NCBI GenBank assembly: GCA_963703285.1
Contig: OY969807.1
Coordinates: forward strand, 864,001-928,000
Reading direction: 5' to 3'
Source: an uncultured Nitrososphaerota archaeon
GTDB taxonomy: Archaea > Thermoproteota > Nitrososphaeria > Nitrososphaerales > Gagatemarchaeaceae
Length of the DNA: 64,000 bases
Shown here in pieces: positions 1 to 10,106 of this stretch (positions are counted from its first letter, which is position 1; each line of letters begins with the position of its first letter). A program made the position numbers and the translations under genes. The notes beneath the pieces are model-generated. The model was given only the letters and a program-made list of their open reading frames with translations. It searched no databases and was not told the origin of the DNA.

Positions 1-977
1 TTCCTCTTGCAGTGATCCTGATACTTCCTCGTGAGGGACTTCCTGACGAGCCTAGCCAGCGCGTCGAGGTGGTGCGTCTTGAGCAGGAGGCCCATGGAGA
101 GGAGGTACCTCTCGGTGTACAGGCCCGACCCCTGATAGGCCGAGACCGTCGGGACACCGATCAGCGCGGCCTCCGTCGTCATGGTCCCTCCCATGCCGAT
201 GAAGACGTCTGACTGTCTGATCAGTCCGGCCCCGTCGACGACCTTCTCGGGGACGTAGAAGGTGTCGCCGAACGTGCTCTTCACCATCTCGAGCTGATCC
301 TGGTACCGGCACAGGGCTATGAGGTTGCAATCCTTGAATTCATCCGAGAGGCGCTGGAGGACCTTGCCCGTCCACCCCTGGTCGGTCCCGATCATGTAGG
401 GGGCGTACGACTCCTCCAGCCGGACGAGGATGGTCGGCTTTCCCGGCTCCACCTTGATCTCGGGCCCCTTGGACCTCGCCTCCCTCTTCAGCCAGGCGGC
501 AGGGTCCAGGGCGTGGTACTTGGTTATCTCGCTCCTCTGGAGCCCGAAGCGGTACCAGGCGATGTACGGGATGACCCAGGGCGTGAGGAGGTGCTGCGAG
601 AACGGGAGCGACAGCTTGCCGGCTATGACCGAGTGAGGGGAGTCGCTGACCGCGACGTGCTTTACCCTTATGCCGAACGAGATCCGGGCGCAGTCGGCAG
701 AGGCGACGGAGACCGAGGCGTCCGGCTGGAAATCGGCCACGAGGGGTAGCATGGAGTTCATTCGTTCGAGGCTCGCCCTGAGCTGGTCGTAGGTCCCCTT
801 CCCCCCGCGCGACCCGACGAACTTCAGCTCCACCCCGAGCATCGCTGCGAGCTGCTCGACCTCCCGATAGTGCCGCGAGGTGGCGAGCACCTGGTGGTCC
901 CTGGCCTTCAGCTCTTGGATGACAGGGTTGAAGAGCAGGAGCTGCTTCGGAGTCAGGACGTCGAACCAGAAACGCAA
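1..977 (-). CDS. DUF354 family glycosyltransferase-like protein, 3' end outside the window
   Basis: Manual translation from TTG at 977: LRFWFDVLTPKQLLLF...SDVFIGMGGTMTTEAALIGVPTVS, typical of DUF354. Absent from the ORF track because it runs off the edge. Confidence 0.8.
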   Translation of the reverse strand, partial: MRFWFDVLTPKQLLLFNPVIQELKARDHQVLATSRHYREVEQLAAMLGVELKFVGSRGGKGTYDQLRASLERMNSMLPLVADFQPDASVSVASADCARISFGIRVKHVAVSDSPHSVIAGKLSLPFSQHLLTPWVIPYIAWYRFGLQRSEITKYHALDPAAWLKREARSKGPEIKVEPGKPTILVRLEESYAPYMIGTDQGWTGKVLQRLSDEFKDCNLIALCRYQDQLEMVKSTFGDTFYVPEKVVDGAGLIRQSDVFIGMGGTMTTEAALIGVPTVSAYQGSGLYTERYLLSMGLLLKTHHLDALARLVRKSLTRKYQDHCKR

Positions 978-1103
978 GGGAGGCTTGTTGCACCTCGAGG
1001 CTTAAAAATCGTTCCGAATTGCCTCCCATGAGTTCGTCGCGCGCCACGTGAGGTTGAAAGCTATATCACCTTCGGGCCGTGATGGTGCGCCGAGCTCATA
1101 GAG

Positions 1104-2228
1104 TTGCAGAAGATCAAGGTCGCGGTCTACGGTCTCACCACCGAGGGGTACAACATCGCGTCTCAGGTGGTCGAGAGGGCCTCGGTCACGATCGTCGACG
1201 ATACGCTGCAGATGGCGATGGACCTCAACGCCCAGACGGTGAGGGACAACCCCACGCTCCAGGAGCTCGTGGGAGGGGAGTCGCTCATGGGCCTGAAGCC
1301 GGTGTCTCAGGTCCTCACTGAGGCGAGCGTCATCTTCTTCACGCCCAAGCTCAGGAAGACGGGCGACGAGTCAGTCATAGAGGCCAACGCCAAGATGCGC
1401 GAGGTCGCAAAGAATGTGACGAAGGGCGCGACCGTCGTGAACGCCCTCCCGGTCGGGATAGGAGGGAACGACGACAACATCGCTCTGATCGAGAAGCAGA
1501 CGGGGCTGAAGATAGGCGAGGGACTGAACTACGGCTACTCCCCCATGAGGCCGGGGGGCGCGGCGACGACGGTCGCCGTCTCGGCAATGACGAGGAGTCA
1601 GGGCGGAGTCGAGGACCTGGGCCTGCGGGCCACCTACGGGAACATCACCTCAGCCGAGCTCGAGTACGCGTCGCTCGTCCTGAACGAGAGCACCTCGGTG
1701 GCGACCGAGATCGAGCTCATGAGGAAGGCCAAGGGCCTGAAGCCCATAGGAGGAAAGACGGCGGAGAGGTACATCGACGACCTGGCCGCCCACGTCTACG
1801 ACCTCACAGCCATACAGTCGAGCGAGGACGTGGGGGAGCCCCTCACCTACCTGGCGGGCGCCGCGATAAAGAGCCTCGAGAACCACGTCCGCTACATCGT
1901 GGACGAGACCAGGGAGCTCCTGAGGGAGCTCCAGCTCAAGGCTAGCAGGACCAGGGTACTGGTTGCGTGGACCGTCGACAGGTACGAGATGCGGGCGGAC
2001 AGAATGAAGACGGCCGAGTCGCTGGTGGAGAGGCTGAGAGACTACGTCACGGACGTAAAGCAGGCGCAGATGGGAGTAGGTCGTGAGGAGGTAGTCGACT
2101 CGTACAAGCACAACATCGCCATTGTCTGCTCCGCGGCGGACCTCGAGTGGATGAAGAGCCTGAGGACGGGTTCAAGGTCGTCCGAGCTCTCGCTGCTGAG
2201 GGCGACGGCGGCGCTCCAGAGAGGATAA
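1104..2228 (+). CDS. Divergent nucleotide-sugar (UDP-ManNAc/UDP-Glc) dehydrogenase-like protein
   Basis: N-terminal KVAVYGL Rossmann start, VVNALPVG and YGYSP segments; the GxGxxG motif is degenerate. Confidence 0.6.
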   Translation: MQKIKVAVYGLTTEGYNIASQVVERASVTIVDDTLQMAMDLNAQTVRDNPTLQELVGGESLMGLKPVSQVLTEASVIFFTPKLRKTGDESVIEANAKMREVAKNVTKGATVVNALPVGIGGNDDNIALIEKQTGLKIGEGLNYGYSPMRPGGAATTVAVSAMTRSQGGVEDLGLRATYGNITSAELEYASLVLNESTSVATEIELMRKAKGLKPIGGKTAERYIDDLAAHVYDLTAIQSSEDVGEPLTYLAGAAIKSLENHVRYIVDETRELLRELQLKASRTRVLVAWTVDRYEMRADRMKTAESLVERLRDYVTDVKQAQMGVGREEVVDSYKHNIAIVCSAADLEWMKSLRTGSRSSELSLLRATAALQRG

Positions 2229-2286
2229 ATTTCTAAATCGTTAAGAGGGCTCGAACGGGGAGGGCGGTCAGGTTCGTGAGGAACAG

Positions 2287-3222
2287 TTGACAAGCATAGC
2301 CGTCATCGGGACTGGAGGCTGGGGGAAGAACCACGTCAGGGTGCTTAGCGAGCTAGGTGTGCTCTCGGCAGTCTGCGACATCGACAGGTCCAGGGCCGAA
2401 TCTTACGCCAGGAAGCACGGCGTCACAGCCTACGGCGACGTCGACGAGATGATCCAGAACGAGAGGCTGGACGGGGTCACGATAGCGACCCCGGCTACCA
2501 CCCACTTTGCTGTCGCCTCGAAGACCCTGCGGGCCGGCATCAACTCCTTCGTCGAGAAGCCGATGACGAGCTCTCTGAAGGAGGGCGAGGAGCTCATCGA
2601 GGTCGCAAAACAATCCGGGAAGATCCTCACGGTGGGGTTCATCGAGAGGTTCAACCCCGCGATATCCGAGCTGAAGAAGATAATCAACGAGGGGAAGCTC
2701 GGAAGCCCGATACTCTTCCAGTACCACAGGGAGAACAGGCGCGGCGACAACATCACGGACGTCGGGGTGGTGAAGGACGCCTCGGTCCACGACATCGATA
2801 CCGCCCGGTGGCTCTTCGGGGAGGAGCCGAAGACGGTCTACGCACGCGTCGGCTCCGTGATGGGGAAGAACGAGGACATCGCGACGATCCTGCTCGGTTT
2901 CGGCGGCGAGAGGACCGCCTTCATCACCACCAACTGGGTCACTCCGATGCGAGTCAGGGAGCTCAACGCCGTCTTCACGAAGGGAGAGGTTACGGTCGAT
3001 TTCATAACCCAGGAGATGCAGATCCACGAGGAGGAGGAAACGCGGGTCCCGAAGCACGTCTTCACGGAGCCCCTGGTCCTCGAGCTCAAGGAGTTCATCT
3101 CGGCGATCGAGGAGAAGAGGCAGCCTCTCGTGACGGGAAGGGACGGACTGAGCGTGATCAGGATCGCTGAGGCGGTGCTCGCATCGAGCAAGAGCGGAAG
3201 CCCGATCTACCTGCCCCCGTAG
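2287..3222 (+). CDS. Gfo/Idh/MocA family oxidoreductase
   Basis: IAVIGTGGWG, FVEKP, VGFIERFNP, DASVHDID motifs. Confidence 0.9.
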   Translation: MTSIAVIGTGGWGKNHVRVLSELGVLSAVCDIDRSRAESYARKHGVTAYGDVDEMIQNERLDGVTIATPATTHFAVASKTLRAGINSFVEKPMTSSLKEGEELIEVAKQSGKILTVGFIERFNPAISELKKIINEGKLGSPILFQYHRENRRGDNITDVGVVKDASVHDIDTARWLFGEEPKTVYARVGSVMGKNEDIATILLGFGGERTAFITTNWVTPMRVRELNAVFTKGEVTVDFITQEMQIHEEEETRVPKHVFTEPLVLELKEFISAIEEKRQPLVTGRDGLSVIRIAEAVLASSKSGSPIYLPP

Positions 3223-3380
3223 TCCGTCTCGGGGCTGGGCGCGTCCGAACTGGCACCGCTAACTCGTCGGGACTTGTACTCGTTTCCGGGTCGAAGTCTC
3301 GTCTTGAGCTCTGAGTGAGGAGCTGACGGGCTAACGGTTCCTCCGGCTCCCGGAAAGGGTTAAAGCGGAGAAGCACCTCT

Positions 3381-4484
3381 TTGCGATTCATGCCAGAGCT
3401 GAGATCCAGGCTGGAGGTCGCCTCGGGAAAGCCTGCGGATCTCTACTCGACGCTACCGAACGGACGGGTCCAGTGCACAGCCTGCGCCAGGAGGTGCCAG
3501 ATAGGGGAGGGCCAGATCGGTCTGTGCGGGATAAGGGGCGTGGTGGGCGGACGGCTGTACCTCCTCAACTATGGAAGGATCATAGCCGGGCACGTCGACC
3601 CCATAGAGAAGAAGCCGGTAATCCACTATCACCCGGGGTCAAAGATCTTCTCGATCGCGACGACGGGATGTTCCTGGCTCTGCCGATTCTGCCAGAACTC
3701 TGACATAAGCCAGAGGAGGAAGATAGAGGGCGTAGAGACCACCCCCAGGCGCGTGGTCGAGCTCGCGGTCGAGAACGGGTGTGAGGGCATCGCCTACACC
3801 TACAACGAGCCGTCGATATTCATCGAGTACGCCCGCGACGTCGGGAAGTTGGCGCACAGCAAGGGCATCTTCAACATTTTCGTCTCGAACGGATACGATA
3901 CCCCCGAGACCGTGGGGGCGATGAGCGAGTTCCTGGATTGCCTGACGGTGGACTTCAAGGGGAGCGGTGAGACGGGCTTCGTCAGGAGCGTGATACACAT
4001 ACCAGACGCCGAGCCGATCTTCCAGACCCTCCTCGAGGTGAAGCAGAGGACGAAGATACACCTGGAGGTGACCGACCTCATCGTCCCGGGCATCGGTGAC
4101 AACCTGGACAGCGCGCGCAAGCTCGCCAGGTGGATCTACGACAACCTCGGGCCGGACACCCCGATCCACTTTCTGAGGTTCCATCCCGACTACAACATGA
4201 TGGACACGCCCATCACCCCGGTCAGAACCCTCGAGAAACACTACGAGGTCGCCAAGAAGGAGGGCCTCAGGTACGTCTACATCGGTAACGTCCCGGGCCA
4301 CCCCGCGGAGAACACCTACTGCCCTGGCTGCAACGCTCTACTCATCGAGCGGACGGGCTACGACATAGGAGCGTACACGCTGGACGATGAGGGGAGGTGC
4401 CGGTCCTGCGGATACCAGACGCCGATCGTGGGTCCCCTTTCCAAGTCCGCCGGCGAGTTCAGGTTCCTGCCTGTAATCGGATAG
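3381..4484 (+). CDS. amrS: AmmeMemoRadiSam system radical SAM enzyme
   Basis: CTACARRC, DPIEKKP, GCSWLCRFCQN (CxxxCxxC), AYTYNEP, C-terminal CPGC/CRSC. Confidence 0.9.
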   Translation: MRFMPELRSRLEVASGKPADLYSTLPNGRVQCTACARRCQIGEGQIGLCGIRGVVGGRLYLLNYGRIIAGHVDPIEKKPVIHYHPGSKIFSIATTGCSWLCRFCQNSDISQRRKIEGVETTPRRVVELAVENGCEGIAYTYNEPSIFIEYARDVGKLAHSKGIFNIFVSNGYDTPETVGAMSEFLDCLTVDFKGSGETGFVRSVIHIPDAEPIFQTLLEVKQRTKIHLEVTDLIVPGIGDNLDSARKLARWIYDNLGPDTPIHFLRFHPDYNMMDTPITPVRTLEKHYEVAKKEGLRYVYIGNVPGHPAENTYCPGCNALLIERTGYDIGAYTLDDEGRCRSCGYQTPIVGPLSKSAGEFRFLPVIG

Positions 4485-5412
4485 GCACTTGGGATTCCTT
4501 TAGGAACCGGTCCGCGTCGAGAGCGGCCTTGCACCCGTCGGCGGCGGCGGTGACGGCCTGCCGATAGCGGAAGTCGCGGACGTCTCCCGCCACGAAGACA
4601 CCCTTGATGTTCGTCTCGGTCTCGCGCCTTGCGACGATGTACCCGTTGCCGTCCATGTCCAGCTGCCCCTTGAAGATCGCCGTGTTCGGGTCGTAGCCTA
4701 TCGCGACGAAGAGGCCGTCGAACTGCTGCCAGCTCTCCGCCCCCGTCTTGACGTTCCTGATTCTCAGCCCGTCGACCCTCTTCTCGCCCGTGACCTCGAT
4801 TACCGTGGAGTCCCAGAGGAAGCTGAGCTTCGGATCGGAGAAGGCCTCCTTCTGGAGGGCGTCCGAAGCCCGGAGGGCGTCCCTCCGGTGAATCACCGTC
4901 ACGCTGCTCGCCAGCGGACTCAGATAGGTCGCCTCCTCCAGAGCAGTATCTCCTCCGCCTACCACGGCCAGCTTCTTCCCCTTGAAGAAGAACCCGTCGC
5001 AGACGGCGCAGTTTGAGACGCCCTTCCCCATCAGCCGCGCCTCCGACTCGAGGTTGAGTCTCCGGGGGTTCGCTCCGCTCGCAACTATGACGCTGAGGGC
5101 GCGCCTCTCCTCCTGCGGCGTCTTGACGACGAAGGGGTAGGTCAGGAGATTCACCTCGATGACGTCATCCTGTATGAGCTCCGCCCCCACCCTCTCGGCC
5201 TGGGCCCGCATCTGGTCCATGAGGTCGGGGCCCGTGATGGGTTCCTTGAAGCCCGGATAGTTCTCTACGTCGCTCGTCACCATGAGCTGGCCCCCGTACT
5301 TCGACCCCATGTAGAGGACGGGGGACAGTCCGGCCCTCGCCGCGTAAATCGCCGCGGTCAGGCCCGCCGGGCCCGAACCAATTATCACTACCTTGCTATC
5401 TCCGCTCTCCAT
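4459..5412 (-). CDS. trxB: Thioredoxin-disulfide reductase
   Basis: IIGSGPAG, CAVCD active site, VVGGGDTA, FVAGDV. Confidence 0.95.
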   Translation of the reverse strand: MESGDSKVVIIGSGPAGLTAAIYAARAGLSPVLYMGSKYGGQLMVTSDVENYPGFKEPITGPDLMDQMRAQAERVGAELIQDDVIEVNLLTYPFVVKTPQEERRALSVIVASGANPRRLNLESEARLMGKGVSNCAVCDGFFFKGKKLAVVGGGDTALEEATYLSPLASSVTVIHRRDALRASDALQKEAFSDPKLSFLWDSTVIEVTGEKRVDGLRIRNVKTGAESWQQFDGLFVAIGYDPNTAIFKGQLDMDGNGYIVARRETETNIKGVFVAGDVRDFRYRQAVTAAADGCKAALDADRFLKESQVPIRLQAGT

Positions 5413-5489
5413 AGAAGACGCCTTGAACTCGGCAACCCACCGTAGGTCTTGATAAACCTATTCGGACAGCCGCGACGGCGTCCGCCCTG

Positions 5490-7172
5490 CTAGGCCTGCT
5501 TCCCTTCCCTCTGCGCGACGTTCAGCAGGTCGGAGAGGTGGTTGGTGGCACCGTCCCACCGCTTCCTGTAGTTAGGAAGGAGCCTGCGGAAGGTCTCCTC
5601 TCTCATCCTCCTGCTGTGGTACTGGTCGTAGAGGTTGAGCAGATCCTTGGCAGACCTGTCCTCTTCCCTCTCGGCGTCCTGGATCTGGCTCATCAGGTCG
5701 ACGAACCGCTTGCTCCCCGCAGACTGTCTCAGCTCGTTCAGCCTGTTTGTCGACCGCGACTTCAGGGCGTCTATCTCGTTGCGTATCTTCGCGAAATCGG
5801 CCCTCGTCACGGTTCCCTGCGACTTGGCGGCCGACTGCGTCAGGAACTGCCCGAAGACGCCCACCTTGTCCTCGAGGCCCTTGATGAGGTCGGGGAGCAT
5901 TTCGGTGACCTTCCCCTCCTCTTCCTCACCCTCCTCCTTCTGTTCTCTCTTGGGCCGCCTCAGGGCAAGAACGACGAACGAGGCGACGAAGAGGAGCGCG
6001 GCGAGCGGGACCGCGCCACCGGCCGCCCACCCAACGCTGACGGAGTAGCTCAGGTCAACCGTTCCCTGGTTGAATGGCGTCGCGTTGGTGACTCTCGTCT
6101 CACCCTGCCCGACGGAGTGCATGCCGGGGGGTAGCTGGGTCGTCACGACGTAGCTCCCGACGACCGCCTGGATTGGGAGGGTGTAGGGGAGCGAGACGGA
6201 GACCGTGCTCCCTGAGGTCTTGACCAGCGAGCTGGGGGCGTTGTAAAGCATCGCGAAGGTGAAGTTGGCCCCCGCCGGTATCGATTCCGAGAAGGGCGGG
6301 TTCGTCAAGGTCAGGGAACCGTCGGTCAGGGAGACGATCGTCGGATCGACCAACGGTGGGTTGCTCCACGGGACTATTGTGATGGTGCCGATGCTGCTAG
6401 AGAGGAGCGTTAGAGGGAGGTCGCTGACGGTGTAGGATGCGAGGTTCCTCAGGCTGACCAGGTCCTCGACCTGGGGGTAGCCGTTCCCGCTCGGGACAAT
6501 CGTTCTTGTGACGCTGAACACCTGGACGGGGAGGAAGGTGGCCTCGTCCGTCGCGTTGAGGACCTCGGTCTTGGTCAGGATCGCGGAAGTCACGTTGCTC
6601 TTTACCTCCGAGTAGCTCGGTGGCGAGCTGGTCGGAGAGGAGACCCACCCGCTCGGGAGCGAGGGCGTGAGCGTTCCACCCGACGGGACCTCGACTATCA
6701 GGTTCAGTGTGTTGACCACGATGTTGACGGATGGGCTGAGGAGGACGACAGCCCCGAACTTCTTCGTGGATCCCGCTGTTATGTTAAGAACGTTGTTCAG
6801 GTAGGCCTCCACAGAAACCTTGGTCGTGGTCCCCGCGGAGAGAGAGGGCGAACTCGGGGTGACCGTGATAGTCGTAACGGTCCCGTTGTCCGAAGGCGAC
6901 CCGGTGAACCCGGACTGGGGGACGACGAACGAGACTGCGTGCGAGGCGACGCTGTCGGGAATCCCGAGCTGGAACGAAGGTATCTGGACGGTCGACGTCC
7001 CGTTGTTGTGGAAGGTGACCGTGTCGTTCAGAACCCCGAAGCCGAACTCGTTGATCTGGTACGTGTGCGTCAGCGTGATGATGGGTGACCCGCTCGACTG
7101 GGCCGCTGCTGGGGCTGCGAGGGGCAGGAGGAGCAGGATTGCCACGCACACCAGCAGAAGTCTCCTAATCAA
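5490..7172 (-). CDS. Ribophorin I (OST1)-like type I membrane glycoprotein
   Basis: Signal peptide, two beta-rich repeats (FLPVQVFSVTRTIVPSGNGYPQVEDLVSLRN), one TM helix, C-terminal helical domain, many N-x-S/T sequons. Confidence 0.6.
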   Translation of the reverse strand: MIRRLLLVCVAILLLLPLAAPAAAQSSGSPIITLTHTYQINEFGFGVLNDTVTFHNNGTSTVQIPSFQLGIPDSVASHAVSFVVPQSGFTGSPSDNGTVTTITVTPSSPSLSAGTTTKVSVEAYLNNVLNITAGSTKKFGAVVLLSPSVNIVVNTLNLIVEVPSGGTLTPSLPSGWVSSPTSSPPSYSEVKSNVTSAILTKTEVLNATDEATFLPVQVFSVTRTIVPSGNGYPQVEDLVSLRNLASYTVSDLPLTLLSSSIGTITIVPWSNPPLVDPTIVSLTDGSLTLTNPPFSESIPAGANFTFAMLYNAPSSLVKTSGSTVSVSLPYTLPIQAVVGSYVVTTQLPPGMHSVGQGETRVTNATPFNQGTVDLSYSVSVGWAAGGAVPLAALLFVASFVVLALRRPKREQKEEGEEEEGKVTEMLPDLIKGLEDKVGVFGQFLTQSAAKSQGTVTRADFAKIRNEIDALKSRSTNRLNELRQSAGSKRFVDLMSQIQDAEREEDRSAKDLLNLYDQYHSRRMREETFRRLLPNYRKRWDGATNHLSDLLNVAQREGKQA

Positions 7173-7228
7173 CGGGGTTCATAGCCCCAGTGAATACGTA
7201 TTTTAACCATTTTTCTCGGAGCGGGGAC

Positions 7229-8611
7229 ATGCCCTCGCAGGTACGGCACCCCTTCCTCCCCAACCTCGATGACGAAATCGTGAAGGACATGCTGAGGCGG
7301 GTAGGGGCCTCATCAGTCTCTGAGCTCTTCTCCGACATCCCGCCCGAGCTCGCCCTCAAGCGCCGACTGGCGATACCCGAGGGCCAGCCAGAGGCTTCCG
7401 TCAGGAGAGAGGTGACCAGGAGGCTGGCGGCGGACGTCACCCCGCCCGATGCTCTCTGCTTTCTGGGCGGAGGAGTCTGGCCGCACTACATACCTGCAGC
7501 GGTCGAGTCGATCATCTCGAGGCAGGAGTTTTACACGAGCTACACGCCGTACCAGCCCGAGATAAGCCAGGGAATCCTGCAGGCGCTCTTCGAGTACCAG
7601 AGCCTGATGTGCGACCTCCTGGGCATGCAGGCGTGCAACAGCTCGATGTACGACTGGGCGTCGGGCGCCGCGGAGGCGGTGAGGATGGCCGCGAGGGCGA
7701 GGAACCGGTCCACCTTCCTGATAGCTGAGAGCGTTGGGCCGCAGAGGAGGGAGGTCATCAGGACCTACGTCGAGCCGATGGGGCTCGCGCTGAGGACGGT
7801 CGGGTTCGACCGCACGACGGGCGAGCTGGACCAGAAGTCGCTCGAGGGGAGCCTCGGGCCGGACGTCGCCGGAATCTACTTCGAGAACCCGAACTTCTTC
7901 GGTGTCATCGAAGAGGAGGCGGAGCAGACCGTCGAGAAGGTCCACCGGGCGGGAGGCCTCGGAGTGGTGGGGGTCGACCCTGTCTCGCTCTCGGTGCTCA
8001 AGGAGCCGGGGAGCTACGGGGCCGACGTCGTCGTGGGTGAGGGGCAGCCCCTCGGAATCCCGATGAACTTCGGGGGACCCCACCTTGGGATATTCGCGGT
8101 GCGCGACATGAGCCTCGCGAGGTCGATGCCCGGCAGGATGATAGGGATGACGACGACGAAGGACGAGGGCGAGAGGGCGTTCTGCATGGTGCTCCAGACG
8201 AGGGAGCAGCACATCAGGAGGGAGCGTGCGTCCTCCAACATATGCACCAACCAGGCCCTGCTGGCCCTCGCGGCCGCGAGCTACCTCTCCCTCCTGGGGA
8301 AGAACGGCTTCGCACAGCTCGGCGAGGTCGTCGCCGGAAACTCTCACTACGCCGCCGAGATGATAGGAAGGATCGAGGGGGTCGATTCGCCCCTCTTCGA
8401 AGGTCCCTTCTTCAAGGAGTTCGCCGTCGGTTACAGGGAGGCGAAGGCCGAGGACGTGTACAGCGGGCTCTCCCGCAAGGGCATACTGGGCGGGTACCCC
8501 CTGACCCGTGACTTCACTGGGATAGGCGAAGCCGGCGGCTACTGCGTCACCGAGGTCCACTCCTCGGACGACGTTTCGAGGCTGGTCGACGCCCTGGGGG
8601 AGGTGCTCTGA
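7229..8611 (+). CDS. gcvPA: Glycine dehydrogenase (decarboxylating) subunit 1
   Basis: YTSYTPYQPEISQG, LQTREQHIRRERASSNICTNQ; ATG at 7229 is the likely start. Confidence 0.95.
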   Translation: MPSQVRHPFLPNLDDEIVKDMLRRVGASSVSELFSDIPPELALKRRLAIPEGQPEASVRREVTRRLAADVTPPDALCFLGGGVWPHYIPAAVESIISRQEFYTSYTPYQPEISQGILQALFEYQSLMCDLLGMQACNSSMYDWASGAAEAVRMAARARNRSTFLIAESVGPQRREVIRTYVEPMGLALRTVGFDRTTGELDQKSLEGSLGPDVAGIYFENPNFFGVIEEEAEQTVEKVHRAGGLGVVGVDPVSLSVLKEPGSYGADVVVGEGQPLGIPMNFGGPHLGIFAVRDMSLARSMPGRMIGMTTTKDEGERAFCMVLQTREQHIRRERASSNICTNQALLALAAASYLSLLGKNGFAQLGEVVAGNSHYAAEMIGRIEGVDSPLFEGPFFKEFAVGYREAKAEDVYSGLSRKGILGGYPLTRDFTGIGEAGGYCVTEVHSSDDVSRLVDALGEVL

Positions 8612-10087
8612 TTGCCGAGGAAGTACAGGCAGGCGCGATGGGACGAGCCCCTGATATCGGAGCTCAGCCGTAGGGGGAGGACGGGGTTCATCCCTCCAAC
8701 GGACCCCAAGATCGAGTCCTGGAAGGAGGGGAGGGAGATAATCCCGCCCGGCCTCAGGAGGGGCGAGCTGAGACTGCCCGAGGTGGCCGAGCTGCAGGTC
8801 CTGAGGCACTTCAACAGGCTCTCGCAGATGAACTTCTCGGTGGAGACGGGGACCTACCCGCTCGGGAGCTGCACCATGAAGTACAACCCGAAGGTATCCG
8901 AGTACATCGCCGCGAGCCCCGGCATGAGGGAGGCACACCCCCTCCAGCCCGATGACACCGTGCAGGGACTCCTCGGGATATTCTACGACCTTTCCCAGAT
9001 GCTCTGCGAGATAACAGGGATGGAGAGCTTCTCGCTGACCCCGGCCGCCGGCGCGCAGGGCGAGTTCGCGGGGGTGCTGATGATCGGAAGCTACCTCCGG
9101 AACAACGGCGGGGCGCAGAGGGACGAGATACTCGTCCCGGACTCCGCGCACGGGACAAACCCGGCGAGCGCGGCGATGGGGGGCTTCAGGGTCGTCAACG
9201 TCGCTTCGGACGAGAGAGGTCTCGTCAGGGCCAGCGAGGTCTCGAAGCTCGTCTCGGGCAGAACCGCCGGCATGATGCTCACGGTCCCCAACACGCTCGG
9301 GCTCTTCGAGAGCGAGGTGAGCGACGTCTCTAGGGTCGTCCACGACGCCGGTGGGCTGATGTACTACGATGGGGCCAACATGAACGCCCTCCTCGGGAAG
9401 GCACGCCCCGGCGACATGGGGTTCGACGTTGTCCACCTCAACCTCCACAAGACGTTCGCGACTCCGCACGGGGGCGGAGGGCCGGGCGCCGGGCCGGTCG
9501 GCGTCAACGCCCGCCTGCGCGACTACCTGCCCGTCCCCGTGGTGACAAAGGGACAGGGTGGCTATCGTCTGGACTACGGGGTCCCGCGCTCCATCGGGAG
9601 GCTCAAGGGGAGCTTCGCAAACTCGGCGATACTCCTCAGGGCCTACTGCTACATCAGGCTCCTGGGCGCGGGTGGCCTCGACGACGTCTCGAGCATGTCC
9701 GTGCTGGCGGCAAACTACCTCCTCTCCAGGCTCGATCCGAACGCCTACGTCCTGCTTCAGGGCAAGGGGCTGAGGAGGAAGCACGAGGCGATAGTCTCTG
9801 TGAACGGGAGCCTCTCCGGAGGCGCGATGAAGGTGGCGAAGGCGCTTCTGGACTACGGGGTACACTCCCCGACGGTGTACTTCCCTCTCACCGTCGAGGA
9901 GGCGCTCATGATAGAGCCCACCGAGACGGAGGCTGTCGAGGCTCTCGACGAGTACGCCGACCTGCTCAACGACCTCTACGTGAAGCTCGAGCGGGGCGAA
10001 CTCGAGCACGAGCCCAAGAACACGAGCGTGGGGAGAATCGACGAGGTGAAAGCGTCGCATCCCTTATCCCTTAAGGTTAAGTGGTGA
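8612..10087 (+). CDS. gcvPB: Glycine dehydrogenase (decarboxylating) subunit 2
   Basis: YPLGSCTMKYNP, HGTNPASA, LNLHKTFATPHGGGGPG. Confidence 0.95.
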   Translation: MPRKYRQARWDEPLISELSRRGRTGFIPPTDPKIESWKEGREIIPPGLRRGELRLPEVAELQVLRHFNRLSQMNFSVETGTYPLGSCTMKYNPKVSEYIAASPGMREAHPLQPDDTVQGLLGIFYDLSQMLCEITGMESFSLTPAAGAQGEFAGVLMIGSYLRNNGGAQRDEILVPDSAHGTNPASAAMGGFRVVNVASDERGLVRASEVSKLVSGRTAGMMLTVPNTLGLFESEVSDVSRVVHDAGGLMYYDGANMNALLGKARPGDMGFDVVHLNLHKTFATPHGGGGPGAGPVGVNARLRDYLPVPVVTKGQGGYRLDYGVPRSIGRLKGSFANSAILLRAYCYIRLLGAGGLDDVSSMSVLAANYLLSRLDPNAYVLLQGKGLRRKHEAIVSVNGSLSGGAMKVAKALLDYGVHSPTVYFPLTVEEALMIEPTETEAVEALDEYADLLNDLYVKLERGELEHEPKNTSVGRIDEVKASHPLSLKVKW

Positions 10088-10106
10088 GACCGAGGCAAGA
10101 GTGCGC

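Noticed and set aside
3240-3340. Possible 5S rRNA (actcgtttccgggtcgaag resembles a 5S loop)
   Set aside because: Terminal helix I and the other conserved 5S segments could not be formed on either strand.
7313-10060. 915-aa minus-strand ORF
   Set aside because: Antisense shadow of gcvPA/gcvPB caused by high GC3; no recognisable motifs. The same applies to other long antisense or alternate-frame ORFs (e.g. 23767-25344, 19202-20536, 18627-19982).
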